Shown here: positions 56,148 to 64,000 of the stretch, one piece after another | Layout: every line of letters starts with the position of its first letter | How positions within the stretch are numbered: position 1 is the first letter of the stretch | From: Auanema rhodensis | Lineage: Eukaryota > Animalia > Nematoda | Direction: 5' to 3' | DNA: 64,000 nucleotides | Assembly: GCA_964057225.1 (NCBI GenBank) | Contig: OZ059896.1 | Location: forward strand, 23,250,001-23,314,000 | Translations under genes and position numbers: made by a program | The notes under the pieces: generated by a model | What the model saw: only the letters and a program-made list of their open reading frames with translations | Told to the model about the DNA's origin: nothing | The model's database searches: none

Positions 56148-59100
56148 CTTTGAAATTTACGTGAACTTTAATTTATGCTAATTAAATGTACACGTGATGT
56201 GCACTTGGTATGTAACTCGCTTCACGTGAAAGATAAAGAGATGCGGTTTTCAAAATTAGATTCCCCATGCCCATATTAGTCTAAAAACAAATTTTTATTA
56301 ATATTGGTTCATGGTAACCATGTCTTTGAAATTTACGTGAACTTTAATTTATGCTAATTAAATGTACACGTGATGTGCACTTGGTATGTAACTCGCTTCA
56401 CGTGAAAGATAAAGAGATGCGGTTTTCAAAATTAGATTCCCCATGTCCATATTAGTCTAAAAACAAATTTTTATTGATATTGGTTCATGGTAACCATGAC
56501 TTTGAAATTTACGTGAACTTTAATTTATGCTAATTAAATGTACACGTGATGTGCACTTGGTATGTAACTCGCTTCACGTGAAAGATAAAGAGATGCGGTT
56601 TTCAAAATTAGATTCCCCATGTCCATATTAGTCTAAAAACAAATTTTTATTAATATTGGTTCATGGTAACCATGTCTTTGAAATTTACGTGAACTTTAAT
56701 TTATGCTAATTAAATGTACACGTGATGTGCACTTGGTATGTAACTCGCTTCACGTGAAAGATAAAGAGATGCGGTTTTCAAAATTAGATTCTCCATGTCC
56801 ATATTAGTCTAAAAACAAATTTTTATTGATATTGGTTCATGGTAACCATGACTTTGAAATTTACGTGAACTTTAATTTATGCTAATTAAATGTACACGTG
56901 ATGTGCACTTGGTATGTAACTCGCTTCACGTGAAAGATAAAGAGATGCGGTTTTCAAAATTAGATTCCCCATGTCCATATTAGTCTGAAAACAAATTTTT
57001 ATTGATATTGGTTCATGGTAACCATGACTTTGAAATTTACGTGAACTTTAATTTATGCTAATTAAATGTACACGTGATGTGCACTTGGTATGTAACTCGC
57101 TTCACGTAAAAGATAAAGAGATGCGGTTTTCAAAATTAGATTCCCCATGTCCATATTAGTCTAAAAACAAATTTTTATTAATATTGGTTCATGGTAACCA
57201 TGTCTTTGAAATTTACGTGAACTTTAATTTATGCTAATTAAATGTACACGTGATGTGCACTTGGTATGTAACTCGCTTCACGTGAAAGATAAAGAGATGC
57301 GGTTTTCAAAATTAGATTCCCCATGTCCATATTAGTCTAAAAACAAATTTTTATTAATATTGGTTTATGGTAACCATGTCTTTGAAATTTACGTGAACTT
57401 TAATTTATGCTAATTAAATGTACACGTGATGTGCACTTGGTATGTAACTCGCTTCACGTGAAAGATAAAGAGATGCGGTTTTCAAAATTAGATTCTCCAT
57501 GTCCATATTAGTCTAAAAACAAATTTTTATTAATATTGGTTCATGGTAACCATGTCTTTGAAATTTACGTGAACTTTAATTTATGCTAATTAAATGTACA
57601 CGTGATGTGCACTTGGTATGTAACTCGCTTCACGTGAAAGATAAAGAGATGCGGTTTTCAAAATTAGATTCTCCATGTCCATATTAGTCTAAAAACAAAT
57701 TTTTATTGATATTGGTTCATGGTAACCATGACTTTGAAATTTACGTGAACTTTAATTTATGCTAATTAAATGTACACGTGATGTGCACTTGGTATGTAAC
57801 TCGCTTCACGTGAAAGATAAAGAGATGCGGTTTTCAAAATTAGATTCCCCATGTTCATATTAGTCTAAAAACAAATTTTTATTAATATTGGTTCATGGTA
57901 ACCATGTCTTTGAAATTTACGTGAACTTTAATTTATGCTAATTAAATGTACACGTGATGTGCACTTGGTATGTAACTCGCTTCACGTGAAAGATAAAGAG
58001 ATGCGGTTTTCAAAATTAGATTCCCCATGTCCATATTAGTCTAAAAACAAATTTTTATTAATATTGGTTCATGGTAACCATGTCTTTGAAATTTACGTGA
58101 ACTTTAATTTATGCTAATTAAATGTACACGTGATGTGCACTTGGTATGTAACTCGCTTCACGTGAAAGATAAAGAGATGCGGTTTTCAAAATTAGATTCT
58201 CCATGTCCATATTAGTCTAAAAACAAATTTTTATTAATATTGGTTCATGGTAACCATGTCTTTGAAATTTACGTGAACTTTAATTTATGCTAATTAAATG
58301 TACACGTGATGTGCACTTGGTATGTAACTCGCTTCACGTGAAAGATAAAGAGATGCGGTTTTCAAAATTAGATTCCCCATGTCCATATTAGTCTAAAAAC
58401 AAATTTTTATTGATATTGGTTCATGGTAACCATGACTTTGAAATTTACGTGAACTTTAATTTATGCTAATTAAATGTACACGTGATGTGCACTTGGTATG
58501 TAACTCGCTTCACGTGAAAGATAAAGAGATGCGGTTTTCAAAATTAGATTCCCCATGTTCATATTAGTCTAAAAACAAATTTTTATTAATATTGGTTCAT
58601 GGTAACCATGTCTTTGAAATTTACGTGAACTTTAATTTATTCTAATTAAATGTACACGTGATGTGCACTCGGTATGTAACTCGCTTCACGTGAAAGATAA
58701 AGAGATGCGGTTTTCAAAATTAGATTCCCCATGTCCATATTAGTCAACAAACAAATTTTTATTAATATTGGTTCATGGTAACCATGTCTTTGAAATTTAC
58801 GTAAACTTTAATTTATGCTAATTAAATGTACACGTGATGTGCACTTGGTATGTAACTCGCTTCACGTGAAAGATAAAGAGATGCGGTTTTCAAAATTAGA
58901 TTCCCCATGTCCATATTAGTATAAAAACAAATTTTTATTAATATTGGTTCATGGTAACCATGTCTTTGAAATTTACGTGAACTTTAATTTATGCTAATTA
59001 AATGTACACGTGATGTGCACTTGGTATGTAACTCGCTTCACGTGAAAGATAAAGAGATGCGGTTTTCAAAATTAGATTCCCCATGTCCATATTAGTCTAA

Positions 59101-62100
59101 AAACAAATTTTTATTAATATTGGTTCATGGTAACCATGTCTTTGAAATTTACGTGAACTTTAATTTATGCTAATTAAATGTACACGTGATGTGCACTTGG
59201 TATGTAACTCGCTTCACGTGAAAGATAAAGAGATGCGGTTTTCAAAATTAGATTCCCCATGTCCATATTAGTCTAAAAACAAATTTTTATTGATATTGGT
59301 TCATGGTAACCATGACTTTGAAATTTACGTGAACTTTAATTTATGCTAATTAAATGTACACGTGATGTGCACTTGGTATGTAACTCGCTTCACGTGAAAG
59401 ATAAAGAGATGCGGTTTTCAAAATTAGATTCTCCATGTCCATATTAGTCTAAAAACAAATTTTTATTAATATTGGTTCATGGTAACCATGTCTTTGAAAT
59501 TTACGTGAACTTTAATTTATGCTAATTAAATGTACACGTGATGTGCACTTGGTATGTAACTCGCTTCACGTGAAAGATAAAGAGATGCGGTTTTCAAAAT
59601 TAGATTCCCCATGTCCATATTAGTCTAAAAACAAATTTTTATTAATATTGGTTCATGGTAACCATGTCTTTGAAATTTACGTGAACTTTAATTTATGCTA
59701 ATTAAATGTACACGTGATGTGCACTTGGTATGTAACTCGCTTCACGTGAAAGATAAAGAGATGCGGTTTTCAAAATTAGATTCCCCATGTCCATATTAGT
59801 CTAAAAACAAATTTTTATTGATATTGGTTCATGGTAACCATGACTTTGAAATTTACGTGAACTTTAATTTATGCTAATTAAATTTACACGTGATGTGCAC
59901 TTGGTATGTAACTCGCTTCACGTGAAAGATAAAGAGATGCGGTTTTCAAAATTAGATTCTCCATGTCCATATTAGTCTAAAAACAAATTTTTATTAATAT
60001 TGGTTCATGGTAACCATGTCTTTGAAATTTACGTGAACTTTAATTTATGCTAATTAAATGTACACGTGATGTGCACTTGGTATGTAACTCGCTTCACGTG
60101 AAAGATAAAGAGATGCGGTTTTCAAAATTAGATTCCCCATGTCCATATTAGTCTAAAAACAAATTTTTATTGATATTGGTTCATGGTAACCATGACTTTG
60201 AAATTTACGTGAACTTTAATTTATGCTAATTAAATGAACACGTGATGTGCACTTGGTATGTAACTCGCTTCACGTGAAAGATAAAGAGATGCGGTTTTCA
60301 AAATTAGATTCCCCATGTCCATATTAATCTAAAAACAAATTTTTATTAATATTGGTTCATGGTAACCATGTCTTTGAAATTTACGTGAACTTTAATTTAT
60401 GCTAATTAAATGTACACGTGATGTGCACTTGGTATGTAACTCGCTTCACGTGAAAGATAAAGAGATGCGGTTTTCAAAATTAAATTCCCCATGTCCATAT
60501 TAGTATAAAAACAAATTTTTATTAATATTGGTTCATGGTAACCATGTCTTTGAAATTTACGTGAACTTTAATTTATGCTAATTAAATGTACACGTGATGT
60601 GCACTTGGTATGTAACTCGCTTCACGTGAAAGATAAAGAGATGCGGTTTTCAAAATTAGATTCCCCATGTCCATATTAGTCTAAAAACAAATTTTTATTA
60701 ATATTGGTTCATGGTAACCATGTCTTTGAAATTTACGTGAACTTTAATTTATGCTAATTAAATGTACACGTGATGTGCACTTGGTATGTAACTCGCTTCA
60801 CGTGAAAGATAAAGAGATGCGGTTTTCAAAATTAGATTCCCCATGTCCATATTAGTCTAAAAACAAATTTTTATTGATATTGGTTCATGGTAACCATGAC
60901 TTTGAAATTTACGTGAACTTTAATTTATGCTAATTAAATGTACACGTGATGTGCACTTGGTATGTAACTCGCTTCACGTGAAAGATAAAGAGATGCGGTT
61001 TTCAAAATTAGATTCCCCATTTCCATATTAGTCTAAAAACAAATTTTTATTAATATTGGTTCATGGTAACCATGTCTTTGAAATTTACGTGAACTTTAAT
61101 TTATGCTAATTAAATGTACACGTGATGTGCACTTGGTATGTAACTCGCTTCACGTGAAAGATAAAGAGATGCGGTTTTCAAAATTAGATTCCCCATGTCC
61201 ATATTAGTCTAAAAACAAATTTTTATTGATATTGGTTCATGGTAACCATGATTTTGATATTTACGTGAACTTTAATTTATGCTAATTAAATGTACACGTG
61301 ATGTGCACTTGGTATGTAACTCGCTTCACGTGAAAGATAAAGAAATGCGGTTTTCAAAATTAGATTCCCCATGTCCATATTAGTCTAAAAACAAATTTTT
61401 ATTGATATTGGTTTATGGTAACCATGACTTTGAAATTTACGTGAACTTTAATTTATGCTAATTAAATGTACACGTGATGTGCACTTGGTATGTAACTCGC
61501 TTCACGTGAAAGATAAAAAGATGCGGTTTCCAAAATTAGATTCCCCATTTCCATATTAGTCTAAAAACAAATTTTTATTAATATTGGTTCATGATAACCA
61601 TGTCTTTGAAATTTACGTGAACTTTAATTTATGCTAATTAAATGTACACGTGATGTGCACTTGGTATGTAACTCGCTTCACGTGAAAGATAAAGAGATGC
61701 GGTTTCCAAAATTAGATTCCCCATTTCCATATTAGTCTAAAAACAAATTTTTATTAATATTGGTTCATGGTAACCATGTCTTTGAAATTTACGTGAACTT
61801 TAATTTATGCTAATTAAATGTACACGTGATGTGCACTTGGTATGTAACTCGCTTCACGTGAAAGATAAAGAAATGCGGTTTTCAAAATTAGATTCCCCAT
61901 GTCCATATTAGTCTAAAAACAAATTTTTATTAATATTGGTTCATGGTAACCATGTCTTTGAAATTTACGTGAACTTTAATTTATGCTAATTAAATGTACA
62001 CGTGATGTGCACTTGGTATGTAACTCGCTTCACGTGAAAGATAAAGAGATGCGGTTTTCAAAATTAGATTCCCCATGTCCATATTAGTCTAAAAACAAAT

Positions 62101-64000
62101 TTTTATTGATATTGGTTCATGGTAACCATGACTTTGAAATTTACGTGAACTTTAATTTATGCTAATTAAATGTACACGTGATGTGCACTTGGTATGTAAC
62201 TCGCTTCACGTGAAAGATAAAGAGATGCGGTTTTCAAAATTAGATTCCCCATGTCCATATTAGTCTAAAAACAAATTTTTATTGATATTGGTTCATGGTA
62301 ACCATGACTTTGAAATTTACGTGAACTTTAATTTATGCTAATTGAATGTACACGTGATGTGCACTTGGTATGTAACTCGCTTCACGTGAAAGATAAAGAG
62401 ATGCGGTTTTCAAAATTAGATTCCCCATGTCCATATTAGTCTAAAAACAAATTTTTATTAATATTGGTTCATGGTAACCATGTCTTTGAAATTTACGTGA
62501 ACTTTAATTTATGCTAATTAAATGTACACGTGATGTGCACTTGGTATGTAACTCGCTTCACGTGAAAGATAAAGAGATGCGGTTTTCAAAATTAGATTCC
62601 CCATGTCCATATTAGTCTAAAAACAAATTTTTATTAATATTGGTTCATGGTAACCATGTCTTTGAAATTTACGTGAACTTTAATTTATGCTAATTAAATG
62701 TACACGTGATGTGCACTTGGTATGTAACTCGCTTCACGTGAAAGATAAAGAGATGCGGTTTTCAAAATTAGATTCCCCATGTCCATATTAGTCTAAAAAC
62801 AAATTTTTATTAATATTGGTTCATGGTAACCATGTCTTTGAAATTTACGTGAACTTTAATTTATGCTAATTAAATGTACACGTGATGTGCACTTGGTATG
62901 TAACTCGCTTCACGTGAAAGATAAAGAGATGCGGTTTTCAAAATTAGATTCCCCATGTCCATATTAGTCTAAAAACAAATTTTTATTGATATTGGTTCAT
63001 GGTAACCATGTCTTTGAAATTTACGTGAACTTTAATTTATGCTAATTAAATGTACACGTGATGTGCACTTGGTATGTAACTCGCTTCACGTGAAAGATAA
63101 AGAGATGCGGTTTTCAAAATTAGATTCCCCATGTCCATATTAGTATAAAAACAAATTTTTATTAATATTGGTTCATGGTAACCATGTCTTTGAAATTTAC
63201 GTGAACTTTAATTTATGCTAATTAAATGTACACGTGATGTGCACTTGGTATGTAACTCGCTTCACGTGAAAGATAAAGAGATGCGGTTTTCAAAATTAGA
63301 TTCCCCATGTCCATATTAGTATAAAAACAAATTTTTATTAATATTGGTTCATGGTAACCATGACTTTGAAATTTACGTGAACTTTAATTTATGCTAATTA
63401 AATGTACACGTGATGTGCACTTGGTATGTAACTCGCTTCACGTGAAAGATAAAGAGATGCGGTTTTCAAAATTAGATTCTCCATGTCCATATTAGTCTAA
63501 AAACAAATTTTTATTAATATTGGTTCATGGTAACCATGTCTTTGAAATTTACGTGAACTTTAATTTATGCTAATTAAATGTACACGTGATGTGCACTTGG
63601 TATGTAACTCGCTTCACGTGAAAGATAAAGAGATGCGGTTTTCAAAATTAGATTCCCCATGTCCATATTAGTCTAAAAACAAATTTTTATTGATATTGGT
63701 TCATGGTAACCATGACTTTGAAATTTACGTGAACTTTAATTTATGCTAATTAAATGAACACGTGATGTGCACTTGGTATGTAACTCGCTTCACGTGAAAG
63801 ATAAAGAGATGCGGTTTTCAAAATTAGATTCCCCATGTCCATATTAGTCTAAAAACAAATTTTTATTAATATTGGTTCATGGTAACCATGTCTTTGAAAT
63901 TTACGTGAACTTTAATTTATGCTAATTAAATGTACACGTGATGTGCACTTGGTATGTAACTCGCTTCACGTGAAAGATAAAGAGATGCGGTTTTCAAAAT
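56148..64000. repeat. Satellite domain E: own marker set, weak HOR structure
   Basis: C117T (ATTCTCC; ~56792, 57496, 57672, 58200, 59432, 59960, 63480), C134A (58921, 60505, 63145, 63321), C124T and T103C. None of these were seen further left. Confidence 0.75.

Larger units (their letters stand above)
1..64000. repeat. 176-bp tandem satellite array (~363.6 copies), centromeric/pericentromeric-like
   Basis: CTTTGAAATTTACGTGAAC recurs every 176 bp (1, 177, 353 ... 2641, 5281 ... 31681). The phase shifts by +1 only after 34304, 39585 and 43458, and the last monomer starts at 63892. Copies differ from consensus by only a few substitutions. Centromeric function is inferred from monomer size and homogeneity only. 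Confidence 0.99.

Noticed and set aside
1-64000. CRISPR array or other repeat-spacer system
   Set aside because: There are no unique spacers. The entire 176-bp unit is repeated, with only point variants.
1-64000. Protein-coding repeat or ORF
   Set aside because: Stops occur in all three forward frames (TGA 4, TGA 15, TAA 32) and all three reverse frames (TTA at 10, 21, 26) of the consensus monomer, and 176 is not a multiple of 3.
1-64000. Transposon insertion, inversion or telomeric repeats in the array
   Set aside because: The 176-bp register is continuous from end to end (total shift +3 bp), with no foreign or reverse-oriented sequence.
1-64000. Pure sequencing artefact (concatemer or rolling-circle read)
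   Set aside because: Variants are recurrent, linked, regionally structured and nearly indel-free, unlike random read error. Local copy-number misassembly cannot be excluded.

Overview
The whole 64-kb window is one uninterrupted head-to-tail satellite array. It has a 176-bp, ~32% GC monomer, with 363 complete monomers plus a 109-bp partial one, all in one orientation. Consensus from position 1: CTTTGAAATTTACGTGAACTTTAATTTATGCTAATTAAATGTACACGTGATGTGCACTTGGTATGTAACTCGCTTCACGTGAAAGATAAAGAGATGCGGTTTTCAAAATTAGATTCCCCATGTCCATATTAGTCTAAAAACAAATTTTTATT[G/A]ATATTG[G/C]T[T/G]CATGGTAACCATG[A/T]. I found no genes, RNA genes, transposon insertions or CRISPR spacers, and every monomer has stop codons in all six frames. 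Monomer size and near-identity of copies resemble a eukaryotic centromeric or pericentromeric satellite. That is inference, and I cannot assign the organism or a named family. The information lies in the variants. There is a sharp subfamily boundary at ~17.6-17.9 kb. On the left is a cryptic 23-monomer higher-order repeat (HOR) with nested 7- and 10-mer duplications. In the centre is a variable-length (30/22/25-mer) HOR tagged by the only indel in the window. Further local 14-, 10-, 7/6- and 20-mer duplications occur, and CpG decay is almost absent. Variants are written as consensus base + monomer position + new base, and Mn means the nth monomer. All typing was done by eye.
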